DNA of 59,345 bases, counting the filler, from Sphacelaria rigidula (lineage: Eukaryota), in assembly GCA_964200075.2 (NCBI GenBank). It is 6 parts of 6 records of this genome, joined end to end, with 100 filler letters (N's around TTAATTAATTAA, not from the genome) between each part and the next. Parts side by side here need not be neighbours in the genome. Positions count along the whole stretch, not along the records: positions 39,632 to 49,438 come from CAXNAA020007719.1; positions 49,539 to 59,345 come from CAXNAA020007720.1; 4 more parts are not named here. One strand, given 5' to 3'. This document shows positions 46,761-59,345 of the stretch, one piece after another. Made by a program: the position numbers and the translations under genes. Within the stretch, counting starts at the first letter, position 1. The number at the start of each line of letters is the position of its first letter. The notes under the pieces are model-generated. The model searched no databases. It worked only from the letters and a program-made list of their open reading frames with translations, and was not told where the DNA came from.

Positions 46761-49438
46761 TTATGGGGGTGAATGGGGCCGGATTTTGGGCACTATATAT
46801 CTGTAAAATGGATCGACCACTATCCACTGCAGAAAAAATAACCCGTAATCGCAGATGATACAGGCGTCATCCCCGAATGACGATCTCGCTAATATAAAAT
46901 GAACTCTAACTTGAGTACATATTTACAAGCCTGCGAGTGGTCGGTGTGGCGGATATAATGTAGTTGCTCCAGCGACTGCACTGATATATTGTTGTGTGCT
47001 TGTATTGTTTTGCTGTTGCACTCGGGAAGCACACGCCCACTACATTTCACCCCACATTCACCGTCCTCCTCAACATCAGCAGTCAAGGAGACGAAAAGTG
47101 GCAGTAGTTGCGGGCGTCACCCAAAACACCAACCCCACTTGACCCTTTTACTCACATACCGCAAAAACGAAGCAGCAGAGAATATTCAAACAATTAGCGC
47201 GACCATCGTGGAACAAGTGAGGGTGATGTAGACCACGTTGACAGAGAAAAAGCAATTCACGCTGTGCGGCTGGGCTGCATATGGCATACCCCGCACCTTT
47301 TGGTTATGGCGGGTTTGGAGAGCAATTAATTACTTCATGGGCCCGCATGGGCCCAGGGTCGTGGCACGAGTGGAAGAAATCACTTTCGTGTTCTCCACTC
47401 CTGAAAGCAAACCGGAAAACTCCACCTCTGCGACACAAGACACAAGATGTTTGGAGCTATCAGCGTTGAACCGTCACGTTGCCTTTTATGTCATGCTGCC
47501 CACCATGGCAGCGCAAAAGGAGTGCTGCGTAATCAAGGCACCCACGTATCCATTTCACATTATTGGCACAGAACAAGCGCTGGAATGCACATCTTGGCGC
47601 AAATGCCCTTGCTCATTCTTGCTCTGTAGTATCTAGTCCTGAACCGAGCATTCGATCGAAACTGCAACTTGCCGACCGCGATGTTTACATATTGTTGTTA
47701 CGAGTGTACATAGGCAGCAGTGGCAACAGACATCATGGCCGCTGCCACTATTCCGTGAAGTGCGGTACACAGACGATGGTCAAAGCCGCTCTTCACACGT
47801 GGCTTCCTGCGCTTGATCCGTCCGATGTACGCTCAGGCGACTTCCATGTGTGCTCTTGCCCACTGCAATTCGAGAGGTGACGGGTACTTGCTGTTGTAAC
47901 GCAAAGTTGCTTTGCACAGCAACACAGAGTAGCTTCTTATCGATGTACATGGGCAGTAGTGACAGCGCATTTGCTTCGATTGCCGTTGGTGTACAGACGC
48001 AATGCACAAATATCTCGCCTGTCCAGTCTCATATTTTCCTTCTGTTATCTTGCTATTAATGCGCACAGACAGTAGTGACAGCAAACGTCATGGCTGCCTT
48101 CGGTGTTTCAAAGGCAGTGCATCGAACATAGAAAAGATCGAGCTTGAGGCCCTGGCTTGTGCGCTCGACAGCGTAAAGACAACGCTGCCGATTGTGATCA
48201 GAGCAAACTATATGGCTCGTGGTACTTTATGTTGGGAGAATAAATTGCCCCTCGTACACAAGCGCATACAAGATATCAGCACCACATGGCAGGACAGTAG
48301 ATACAAACACATACCCTTCAAAACGAAGCTTGTCCCATGTGGCGTTGTTCACATATATTGTTATTAGTATCAACAATCAGTTACGGAAAACGTCATTGCT
48401 GTCTCCCGACTGTGAAAGGACCAAAGGACCGCAATAACAATTGGGCGCTTTGGCTTAGCTTATGCGCTGGAACCAACACTCTGACATGAAACAGACGCGT
48501 CAAACGTTTCGGTGACCGCATTGAGCCTTTCGGTGGCCGCCTTGAGTTCTTTTTCAGCCTTATACGCGCGTTGACGCGCCGCCTTGACCTTGCGCGCGGC
48601 TGTCAAGGCACAGGATAAGTCTCGACCGCTTATCCCCTTGTACGTCGTCGATGCTGCCCGGGAGTCCGTTTTTTTCTTGAGTTTCGGAACACCAAGCTTT
48701 CGAGAATTCCGCATTTCTCACGTCGATACACGCTGCTGTTCCTTAAGCCGCAAGTGCCGATTTTTGAAAACGGACATCTCGGCAACGAAGCAGAGCATTG
48801 GAGTGCGGTTTGATGCGTGCGCTTCCTACACACCACAACTTTTCAGAGCCAACACGGCATGCCGTAACGCGTGCCGCGGAGCCCGCAGCACTCTGCAAAC
48901 CGCCCAAAATGTACGAAAAACGCGTTTTCTTCGACGTTCGGGGGCGTTTCGGATCCGCTGTGGCGAATTGAGCATACCCGTTTTGGCGCTGAATAGATCT
49001 AGTGTGTGCGCGGGGGGCTGTCAACTGCCACAGGCCGGTTTGCTTCTTATCTCAAGAATTATGCGATGAAAACATTACAGCTGTCTCATACTAAACGTAG
49101 GTAACTTGGGGTGGAGCGTGTGTTCTATTCGGCACAGGTTCGGCACAGGTCCGACCAGTCAATGACGTCTTCGAAACGTCTTCAGTATCCCTCCGCGTTC
49201 GTATTTTTTGTAGTTGACCACGGATTTTTGGTCGGTAAGGCCTTCATTCACCCCCATAACTGTACTGTTGTACCATACTGCACTTTTTTTTGTCGCACTT
49301 TGCATCCCTCCCCTTCCTCGGGGTGAGTCCGTGGTCTCAAGGAATCAACCCATCTCTCCCCCCGTACACGCCTTCCGTTTTGGTCTCGCGGATTGAGTCA
49401 GCACTCCCGCACCGCGTCAACTCACGTCACACAAACCC

Positions 49439-49538
49439 NNNNNNNNNNNNNNNNNNNNNNNNNNNNNNNNNNNNNNNNNNNNTTAATTAATTAANNNNNN
49501 NNNNNNNNNNNNNNNNNNNNNNNNNNNNNNNNNNNNNN
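49439..49538. other. Artificial linker
   Basis: N44-TTAATTAATTAA-N44. Confidence 0.98.
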
Positions 49539-50941
49539 CATTGGCTAGAATGAATCCAAGCGTGGGAATCCCCAGCTTCTCGTTGTGCTCGGCTTTTCCC
49601 ATTTCGATTTAAGCAAAGATTTTACCTCCCGAAACCATGCACTTTTTTGGGGAGGCTATCGTAGAAAGCGTCCTATGTTGGTGGGCAGGTGAAACTGTAG
49701 TCACCCGCGAATGGACGCAACCGACATTCGCACGCCAAGCTTTGTCACGTGTATATCAAAGAACTCTTTCAAGTGCGCCGGGCTGCCGTGGATCGGAAAA
49801 TAAAAATAATGCCTGTCTTGTGCTGGAGTTGACTGCGATGTAGAAAGAGGATTCTCCGCATGCAGCTTTCACGGTGCAGCAGCTGACGGTTCGCCAAACG
49901 AGCAGACTCACCCACTCACCAAAATCGTATGAGTAGCATTGCCTATTGTATGAGAATGAGCACCCACATAATATTGTTTGTCGAGTAAATACGTTCATCT
50001 TCAGCACGCGTCCACGAGTACTGCGCATAGCATACAGTAGAATAAAAGCACATTCCAAGTCGTGGTCTTACGAGGGCATATTTTCAGATATTTTCGACTT
50101 TTCTCGAAAACTTGGACTTTTTGCCCGACTTCTCCGAAAAAAAAAAGCTGAAAAGATAATCGACGCTAGATTTTCGGAGAAATCTGTAGTCAGTCTCAAA
50201 CTGATCTATTGCATGACCTGCTGAAGGAATCTTATTTCGGGGGGGAATAATAGACCCCTCATGCGAGACTTTGTGTAAACCGATGTCATATTGCGCCAAA
50301 AGGGGAGGGGGAAGGCCGACGGAAGTGATCACGTTGCCCTGAAGAATCGACATCAGTCTCAGCATAAAGGTGCACACCAGCACGGCACTTGCAAACAAAA
50401 TCATTTGTATTCCTATCTGCTCAGCGTTCCACGGGCAAGATGCTTCTTCAACTATACCGATATCTAAACTCTGAATCCTGGCCTAACCGCTTTCATCCCT
50501 CCGTCCCAGGGTAAGTTGTAGTCGAAACCTCAACATGAGCCAAACGCCCACACTGACGTCCGAATCAGCCAAGTGTTTTAGCCACGGCTCCTGCGCCCGC
50601 CGAGGAACGGAGTCTCCGATAACCAGCCTCCACGACAGTCACCTCTACGCCCCAAATCTCCCCAAAGTCGCAAGTAGTGCGGTGCATTTAACCCCCCCCC
50701 CCACGGTTTCGCAGTCCGTGCAATATCTCACCAACACCACCTTCGGTACCCCCACTAGCATATCCACCAGCGCACCCCGCCCTAGGGTATCGACAGTCCA
50801 TTTAGCGCCCTGAAGTACTCAATAGTACACCAAAGTCTAGTATTTTCGATTCGTCCGCGTACTTCCTCTCCCACCCTTTGCCACTTCTCACAGGAACCCC
50901 CCTCCCTAGCGGCATACCCAATCTAGAAAGGACACGGTTAT

Positions 50942-53900
50942 CTAATAGTACACACGTTTCTTTCCGTGCTTTTTCTCATCCGTGTACTCCATGCCGCTCT
51001 TTATTTGATGGTGGCACCACATGGGGAACAAGCCGACGGCAACAATCAAGCCCAAGGTGATCTTGGGCGTGAACTTGAACGTCTTCTCCGTGATCTCTCG
51101 CTTGCCCATCCACTCCTGACATATATCCGGCGTCATCATCATCGCGCGCGACAAGGAGTGGAAGATAGGGCGTCAGCAGGAACGTAGGAGTGGATTTGCA
51201 TATCCTCGATCCAAATTTTCTGAAGCTCGGTGTTCACACGCAAATCGAGAAAAAGGAACCATGAATAGACTGGCGCCGAACTGGGCAACTTTGCAAGGGT
51301 CGGACAAATAATGATTCGTCTGAAAATTACTTGGTTTTAGTTCACGAGTCGACTCGTGACGAATCAATCNNNNNNNNNNTTTTTTCTCCCTTTTGGGCAG
51401 TCAGGCCGAAGAAATCGTGAGTTTGGTGATTTTGAGTCGTGATGATTTGTCCCAACCGTGCAACTTTGCTGTGGTACATACGGCGGCCTCAAAGAATCGC
51501 CTGCATTTATTCGATTTCAAAAATTCACACTTTGTCCGCTAGGTGTGTTTTTGCTGTTTCAGGCCGGAATTGCCGGCGTAAATCAGGGGTGGTCACTGGC
51601 AGTTATTGCGCGGTGGTGAAGCAAAAACATGGTCATCGGCATTGGGGTGTACATTGCTGGTAAGGGGGGCTGCAACCTTGCATCCTACTCTGCTTGATAA
51701 TCTGATAACACGCTTATTTCAAGAACTGCCACAACTGTATATATGTGTACTATAGCAGAACGAAAAAGCGAGGGCGTGGTGAAGGTGAATAGATGCAAAA
51801 GGAAAGTCAAAATAAGAGAAGCTCCAGAACGTGCGCAAAAACCCCTTAGCATTGTCTAGAGAAGTGACATATAGCGCTTCGTTTGCAGGGACCGGCCGTG
51901 GGAACAAGCTGAAGCCCCAATAACGCAAAGGGGTGGAATTCCGCTGCTGCCCGATGAACCATGTTCGCCCCCCCAATTTCAAGGCGAGCTTGTGGAGCAC
52001 ACGAGGACGATTTTCTGCGTTGAGAGTAGTTGATTGCGACAAATATCACATGTTGTCCATTCCATACTGGGGAACAGGACGTCAAGCTACGACTGCAGGT
52101 CGAATCGGCATGAATGGCGAATACCACAGTCACGTTCACGAGGAGGTTCCATCGTGCGCCTTTTCACGCATAATTTTCCAGGACAAAATCGAACTCCCCC
52201 CGTGTGTTTACTCATATGCAGCAGGGAAGACATTTCTGGCACGGTGCCGTCATCCCTCTGTCGCGGCCATTTTTTCAAGCCGCCGGGGCGAAACAACTGT
52301 TTTTTTTTTCCAAAAGAAATGAAGCGCCAGAACAGTCCTCTAGCAACTATATCGTGGCGACCATTTGCAAGCGTAAACTTCGACTCGCGGGCGCCCTTGT
52401 CCGGCAGGACGAAATGCGTCCGCGAAGCATTATGTTCGGACGGGTGGCCGCACGAGAACTTGGGGAGGCGCCTCAGGGAGAACTTGCATGCTTGAAGGGT
52501 ATATCCTACGTGAGAAAAACGAAGGATGTGGATTGCCTATGATGGTGTTGAGGTCGAACACTCGCAAGAGTAGGTCACTGTCGCTAGGAACGTTGATAAA
52601 TAGCATCAGCAGACGCGGGAGGAGGTGTGGCGATGCGAAGATCTACACCAATCCGACGTACGTCACAGAAGAAGAGGCTGTCACGTTGAGAGCCGTCAAA
52701 GAGAAAGACTTCACAGCTGATACAGCAACACTAGTAGCGACAGTGCACGAGCAATTCAAGATAGAAATGATAGAGAGGGGAGAGCAGGGAAGCAGTAACA
52801 CGAGACTGTCGCATCCTTCTCATCCTCTCGGTCATTGATTTACTTTCTTGGCTTTTAACGTTCGCGATATTTCCCACCTCTGTTTTCTCTTCCTTGCCTT
52901 CCTTTGGTTGTGGATACCGTCTCCCTTTTCTCACTTTCCGTTCTATGTTTTCCGTCTCATCTTTTTTTTTTCTCTGTCTGAGACGCACTACAGTCGATGT
53001 CTCGGTTCTGCACAGCTCGCGGGCGAGAGTTTCTACCCAAATACTGCGGTGCGGTGCGGTCTCCAGATTCCTGGATCGCAAGCTTTTTTCTTCTTGGGCC
53101 CGGTGCTAGTGTTACTTCTCAGCCTAGCTCTTTCCTCGTTCTGTTTATCTTGTTCTCTCCTTTTTTTTACTTCACCTTTGAGCCCATCTTACCCTCCGAC
53201 CACGGTAAGATTCGTTGCGTGTTCGCTAGCGGATAATGCCCTATATTACAGGAAATAATCAGGGAGCAATATGTTCGGAGTGACACTCCGCTTGAATATA
53301 TGTGCAGGTCACAAGACATTACAGCCCGCGGTTTCACAGAGGTATATTCTCAATGTCTGTTAGAAGACCAACCATACGAACACAGGAGAGTACTAAGGTA
53401 TGATGATAGTGCGGTACATATACAGCAATCTGTTTGCACACCACCCTTCAAAGCCAAAGGTGGCTTATACCATGATGCCAGTCCAGCAGCCTCATGTATT
53501 GGGGGGTTTTAGTCCACAGCGAGCACTTGTCCATCCTCACATATTCCTATCGCTGTCATTTGCCGACCACACGCCGGGATAGCCTGGGGAGACAATCAAA
53601 GCACTCTTGTTATTGGTGGGCATATGTACCAAAGAAGATTCCGCCACTAGTTTGCCATGGAGGCAAACACAGTGCGCCGATTAGAAACGGTTTATCGCCC
53701 GCGCGCAGAGTAGTCACTGGCGACCGTAACGAAAGCAGGTGGCCGTCATGTCGCCCGCCGCGTACGTTGCCACACCCGGTTGGTCGGGATACGGGGATGT
53801 ACAGTGTGAAGCAAGTAATTGCTATGTCAATCGGTCTTCGCGTACTTGCCTGGCCCGTTCTCGCACTAGTATTACGTGTTGATTTGAATGTGCATCGCGT

Positions 53901-56378
53901 TCGTGTGTGGGCTAACTTGCCCCCTGCGGGGCCTGAGCTGCGGGACAGTGGCTCCGCGGTCCCGCTGTGTACAAAAAATTGAAATGATTCCTTCCCGAGA
54001 GCGTACTGGACTAGCACCCAAGACACTCTGTATCGTGGGTTGATAGTCAGTAAGGTACAGTGGTACATCAGGGCGGCGCAATTTTCCTCGCTCATCTTTT
54101 CATTCAGCGGCACTTGTATGTGGTTCTTCTATCTTGGCATGTCGATGTTATCTGCCTACTGGTTCAGCCCTTCGTGATTTTCCCCCTTCGAAATCTGCCA
54201 TTTTATATTTCGCCTGCAATCCTCCCGAGCATGGTTTATACTGGACGATGGTCAAATTGGCTCTAGATTTTTTTGTCTTCAAGTGACACAGCACGCCTAG
54301 TTCCACGAATACGTAAATGCTGAGCATTTGTTTGGAAGTCCGTGCAAGAGAACTCCTGACCGGCTTTGAGCCAGTAGGTCAAGGCTATGATGCTCGTTTT
54401 CGCCTGGCCATTTTTGTGAGGTCCACGCTTCCATGCTTTGCAAGTGGTGTACGGTACGCTGTGCATTAAAGTGGACTGAAACATTTTCGCGCGAAGCGCG
54501 ATTATGGCCGTGCACTTGAAAATCGGTACTCGACAAAAATTGATTATCCGTCGGAATTCAGGGGGAGAACTATCGCATGGAACATGTCCTGTATCCCTGT
54601 GCTGCAGCACAAGCACACTCATGCTCTCTCTCTCGTATGTTGTAGCTGTCGCTGCGCTGTGGTGCGTTCATACCTTTGTGAAGAGGGTTTTGTTTCTTGT
54701 GGGACTGCCTGAGTTGCCTTGTTGTCATTGCTTTCGTCTCTGTAGAAAATAATGTTGGTCGGCACGCGGTGCTGTCTACACACTGTTCGAACCTTCATGG
54801 TGTGTTGGCTGTTTCGTCTTCCGTCAAACGAACAAGGCGCTTTCTATACCCATCACTTTTATGCTGTAGTTGTCGCTGTGCTGTTGTGCATCTAAACACT
54901 ACGCGACGAACATGGTGCGATGTGCGCTGGAGAGTGCCTGAGCAGTTGTACTGCTGTATGCCCTGTTGCGGTATGCACAAATGGGATGAAATAAAAGTGT
55001 TATCTAAACAAAAGTTGAAACAATCACGTGACGGCTGTGTAGCTACCTGTTGCGTCTTCTTTGGTACTTCAGTTGTAGTCGGGTGCTGTGATCGGGGAAG
55101 ACACGCAAGGCAGGTGCGTGGAGGTTGGGACAAACAAACTGAGCCAGCACGGAGCTGCTGTATCGTCAGTGACCGATGGTAGCAACTGTCTGTCTCCCAG
55201 CGGCGCAATATGTGAGTCAATCAAAGCAATTTTGCCACTAATATACCACTCGCTTCTCTCATCTGATCGGTGAGGAAGGTCGCCGCATCATCGTATATTA
55301 GAAGACGCTGATTGGTCGGGAAAACATTGCCCCTCATATTTCTTGGGGTATCATATGTGGGCCCTGTGCCTCCTCCTCAGACCTATTACTCGACCTGAAA
55401 AATTCCTTGAGAGACGCATGGTTGACGCCAGAGGTATTCTCCGACCATCTGGGAACCCACAAACCCCACACCGTCCCCGACGATACCCCTGGGCTGTCAG
55501 CAGGCTAAACTGTTCCGAGACGAAGCACGCCATCACAGGCTCAGTGTGCGACAATCAATCCATGTATCGTTCGCGCCACTCAAGCACTCGCACGTTTGAC
55601 CGCAATACACGACAGTGCCTACAGAGGGCAGGATCGTAATCTTCAGATTCATGAACTACTCCTCATTTCAATACTGCAGATTTTGATGCTCGAACAGACT
55701 GCACGGACGCTTTGTCGGGCCCTTTGACTCTGCCTCATGGTATCATAGCCCTCACCCCATGTGATCAATACAAGTCAAATAAGTCCTTGCTAGAGTGCCG
55801 TAATCTCGTGCGAAAGACGCAGGACAATGCAACGCTGCCGCCCGATCTCTTGCGGCGAGGAATGGTCAGCACCGGCCGGTGCGAGGAATGGTCAGCTCTG
55901 ACCGGTGGAGCTGAAAGTGCCGGCACGAAGCACAGTCTACACTGATTATTCCACCTGAGCTTACTCAACCTCATCACAAGGAACAGAGGACGAGCGCTCT
56001 GGTGCGAAATGTGCTGAGCATCTAAACCTGCATGCCTGTAGAACAAGCGTGCGGGTATCTACGGTTTGTTCGTAAACCACAATACCCATACACAACGGGC
56101 GCAAGGCCAGTTTAAAGTCACCATCCATCCATCGTCAGGACCAAGTGAAATACACCCCCGAGACGTCGCCGGCGGTGTGCCTACAGGTGGGGAGTAACCA
56201 ACTGTACTGGCTGTACTACAATGTGTGTTGTAATAGGCACGCACACCTCAATGTAAGGGTTCGTCTTGAGTCCCATCCTCCTCTTTGCTGAAGAGACGGG
56301 GGCCCTCGTGGATCTGGCACTGGCCTCCAGCATAATCCGACCCCCCCCCGTAACAGCCCTCGCCAGCGCTGAAGCCAT
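50942..56378 (-). CDS. NDUFB4: Mitochondrial complex I accessory subunit NDUFB4/B15 homolog, 101 aa, two coding exons
   Basis: Exons 56378-56247 (ATG...ATTGAG|GTGTGC) and 51115-50942 (TGTCAG|GAGTGG...TAG), phase 0. Protein: MASALARAVTGGGRIMLEASARSTRAPVSSAKRRMGLKTNPYIEEWMGKREITEKTFKFTPKITLGLIVAVGLFPMWCHHQIKSGMEYTDEKKHGKKRVYY. It aligns without gaps over most of its length to the recalled plant B15 pattern NxxIEDWxxxRExxExxFxWT-[TM helix with G..P]-...D..G..R.F. Confidence 0.8.
52330..52560 (+). mobile_element. Degenerate 3' fragment of an RTE-type LINE ORF inside the NDUFB4 intron
   Basis: IVATICKRKLRLAGALVRQDEMRPRSIMFG matches the RTE C-terminal pattern IxxxIRKRxLxxAGxxxRxxxxRxPKxxxFG. Confidence 0.6.
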
Positions 56379-59278
56379 ATCTGAAAGCAGGAGACTGATA
56401 CACACGTAGCTTTCCCCCGATGGGCAGAAACAGGGTCCATGGGTTGAAGTATGACATATTTGTTGAGATAAATGAAAATGACATATGCATTCAGACTGCC
56501 TGGCTTGGATCAGGCGGTAAAAGTGCCGAATGTAAAATGCCTTCAGCAGCAGGCAACATCGTCGCCTGAAGCATAAAGAGTGACATGCCCTGAGGAACAC
56601 ATGTCTGCTTTGCCTTGTGTTGGTTATTATTCTGATTATCCTACAGACCAGACGACTCCTTAAGGACTAGAGAGCGTAGCGCACGCCGTTCACCTACCTT
56701 GAACCTAGACACGACATGTGACGGTCCTGGGTTACTCCAAACATCAACCTGAAATCCAGGCAGAGTGAAACCTCGACCAACAAGAGCGATCTACACTCAA
56801 GATACTATCTGCCACTGTCGCGCTCAGGCGTGGTGTACTGGCTGTCTCTGCAATCTGAAAGGACGGGTGGTACGGTTAGCCGACAATATCCGCGCACATG
56901 GATAGTATCCACGAAGAACGCCGGCGATCAAGCGGCGAACACACAACGACTGAGGCAAGTAGCGATGAGGACGGTCGCGGTGCATGTACTGCCACGGCGA
57001 AGAGACATGGCGATGGAAGGCAGCAGGCTGTGAGCGTCGCACCCGGCGGTGGTGAGGGTTGTAGTGACTTATGTTCGTGTGTTTTGTTTAAGTGAGGTAC
57101 TGGAGTTCTATTCTCGACGGAAGCTTCTGTCTGGGATTTAGCGTGTTGTGGGTGGCTGGGCGGAAAGAAACATGAAACATGCAACACTTGCTGTCTCTCG
57201 ACCGACTTGCACGAAGTCATCGCCGTTTGAGGCATCTCAAACTCAAGGTTCACGGTCTATTCAATAGACAGTATATTACTGACGAATATATCGGGAGTCT
57301 CGAGTTTGAGATCCTTATATCAGTTGGTCCGTCCGGCGTTTTCACGGTACAGTTTGAACGTTCGTCCACCGCGCATCGGGTCGATCAGCAAGATTTGTGA
57401 TACCGATCGAAACTACCTGTACCGACAATACGAAACTACCTGTACCGACAGTCGGCGCGTAATAATATACAGCAGGCAACATGATAAGCCAACACTACAC
57501 CCATTGAACCAATGAGCGCTCACTAATTCATAAGTAAACTGTTCGCTTCCTGAACAACCCACAACCAACCGGCTATTAGATCAGTACACAAGCTCAGTCT
57601 TCCGAGAAAGCTCATGGGCAGACTATCAGCATAGGGTCATGTGCGGGCGCCTGCCCATCTTCCTTCCCTCGTTCGTTGAGGCCTTTGCTACGGAAAAAGC
57701 CATCGTGACATCCACATCCCTCTCTCATGACCACCATTTATCGATGACCTCACCGTACTCGTGTTTCGCTGCCTGAAATAGAGCCAGTCGGCTCGGGTTG
57801 CTCGTGGGTGACTAACTATTTGCCCACGCTACGTGCATGAACCCTGGCGATGTTGGTGACCCGCTGCCCAAGTCTTCGTACCCTACGCGTTGTTGCGCTT
57901 TTGGCTGTGTTCTTGCTGTTTTTCGAACCCAGAACCCACACGCTGAACTGTCTGTGCGGTCTGGAATGTGCGTCTCATAGGAGTAGCTGCGCCCCGGTGG
58001 TGTAATGGTAAATGGTCCGACTGTCACTATTAGGGTGGGGAGAAAGTGGGTTATATTCCCAGTGCGTTGAGATTTTCTCAAAAGTATCTGATTTCCACCA
58101 TCGAAAGCCTGAGTACGTGAGTAAACTAAAAGCTGTAGACTGGTTTTTGTATGACGAGAGTTGACGCGGTGCGGGAGTGCTTATAGTCATGACCCAATCC
58201 GTGAGATGAAAATGCAAGGGGTGTACCGGGCAGAGATGGGTTGATCCGTTGAGACCACGAACTCGTTCTGAGGAAGGGGAAGGGTTCGAAGTGAGAGTGA
58301 TTTTACTTTTAAACGTACGGGGAACCTCGAGTTCGAGATATTTTATCTCGCATCCAAAGGCCGTGTCTGATGAATATTGTGTGTATATTTTAGGGGGTTT
58401 TAGTATAGGGGGGACATAAGGGGATGGTAATGCTTTGTGTGTGTGTGGGTGTGTGGGTGTGTGTTTTGGTAATTTAGGAATATTTGGTGAAAGGAGAACA
58501 CAATACAGAGAGAAGATCCTCATGTTAATATGGCTCGTGGTCTTGACTTCTTGATTTATTTGTTTTTTGCTTGATTTCGCGTGTTGAGTGGGTGTGATGG
58601 ACTCTATCTCGCTTTGTCCCAATTGTCACCTGCGGCATCGGATTTTCTGGGGTTATTACGATCATGTCTTATATCTCGATTGAAATCGCGTCTTTGATGA
58701 TTTATCTGGGTCCCGTCTTAGTTCTGTCCTTATACCTTATTTTGGGTAGTTGTAGTAAATTCTGTGACCACGGAAGGCGTCCGCATCAGATGGCTAGCAC
58801 CGACCTTTGAAGGTACAGCACAAAAATCGGAACTATTTTTAATGTGAAGACAAGATCATCACCAACAACAACAACAACAATGACGGTAACAATGGATCAT
58901 GACGACAATCCCGAGTATACAGGTTATGTTCGATCCCACTGCAGCACGCTGTTGCTTGCCATACATATCGCTTTTGGCCGAGACACCGACTAGGAGGCTC
59001 CACTGATGCAAGAGTGTAGGCTGAATGTTTCCAACATGGAACATGAAAATTTTAACACAAGAAGTTTCGAGGAGCGTTTACCATAATGCATTTCAAACCC
59101 TGCCCGTCACATACTTGCATGATCTATCCGCATGTCGACACTCGCTCTACAATATTGGCCAAGAGGGCGCGAGGAGTATGCAGCAGTATGCTCCTATGAA
59201 GCCCACCGCAAAAGCATCTAGAAAGGGTGCAGAGAGTAACTCACTCCTGCACTACTACTGCTCAACAGCAGGCAGGAC

Positions 59279-59345
<67 letters not shown>
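59279..59345. repeat. (TTA)n microsatellite
   Basis: Visible directly. Other simple repeats: (GTT)n 11714-11748, (CAA)n 14022-14058, (GTAGTGTT)n 41845-41885. Confidence 0.97.

Noticed and set aside
47238..49069. Cluster of ORFs, including a THAP-like HVCSC and a coiled-coil ORF at 48460-48714
   Set aside because: Fragmentary, on both strands, with no complete motif or element termini. It may be transposon debris but cannot be supported.
50942..51154. Intronless NDUFB4 retrocopy starting at MMMTPD
   Set aside because: An acceptor at 51116-51118 and a phase-matched upstream exon at 56378-56247 give a better, normally spliced gene.
53494..55220. Several 120-167-aa ORFs inside the NDUFB4 intron
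   Set aside because: Overlapping frames on both strands with no identifiable domain or consistent splice pattern.
57975..58622. 215-aa ORF
   Set aside because: Non-ATG start, low-complexity composition including a CA/CCCA repeat, and no recognisable motif.

Overview
Eukaryotic, intron-rich and repeat-rich DNA whose gene content and transposon style fit a brown alga (Phaeophyceae, stramenopile); this assignment is an inference. The window is not contiguous. It consists of six ~9.8-kb pieces (1-9808, 9909-19716, 19817-29624, 29725-39531, 39632-49438, 49539-59345) joined by identical artificial 100-nt N44-TTAATTAATTAA-N44 linkers, so no linkage can be inferred across pieces. Spliced genes were rebuilt by hand from phase-consistent splice sites: (1) a LysM + UBA-like protein (minus strand); (2) part of the axonemal protein MNS1, with a likely GC-AG intron; (3) a degenerate Ty3/Gypsy chromovirus with its 5' LTR; (4) twelve exons of a large DUF3645-type SecA/SF2-helicase-like protein carrying an SH3 domain; (5) one exon of a probable CYP74-clan P450; (6) a complete two-exon complex I subunit NDUFB4/B15 with an apparent mitochondrial presequence. 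The most striking non-genic structure is a ~98-bp TTAA-targeting (piggyBac-like) MITE that forms mixed-orientation arrays in which neighbours share one TTAA. Both filled and empty target sites are present in the window. Also notable is LTR-leader complementarity in the chromovirus, which suggests tRNA-independent self-priming. Most short ORFs in the supplied track are spurious.
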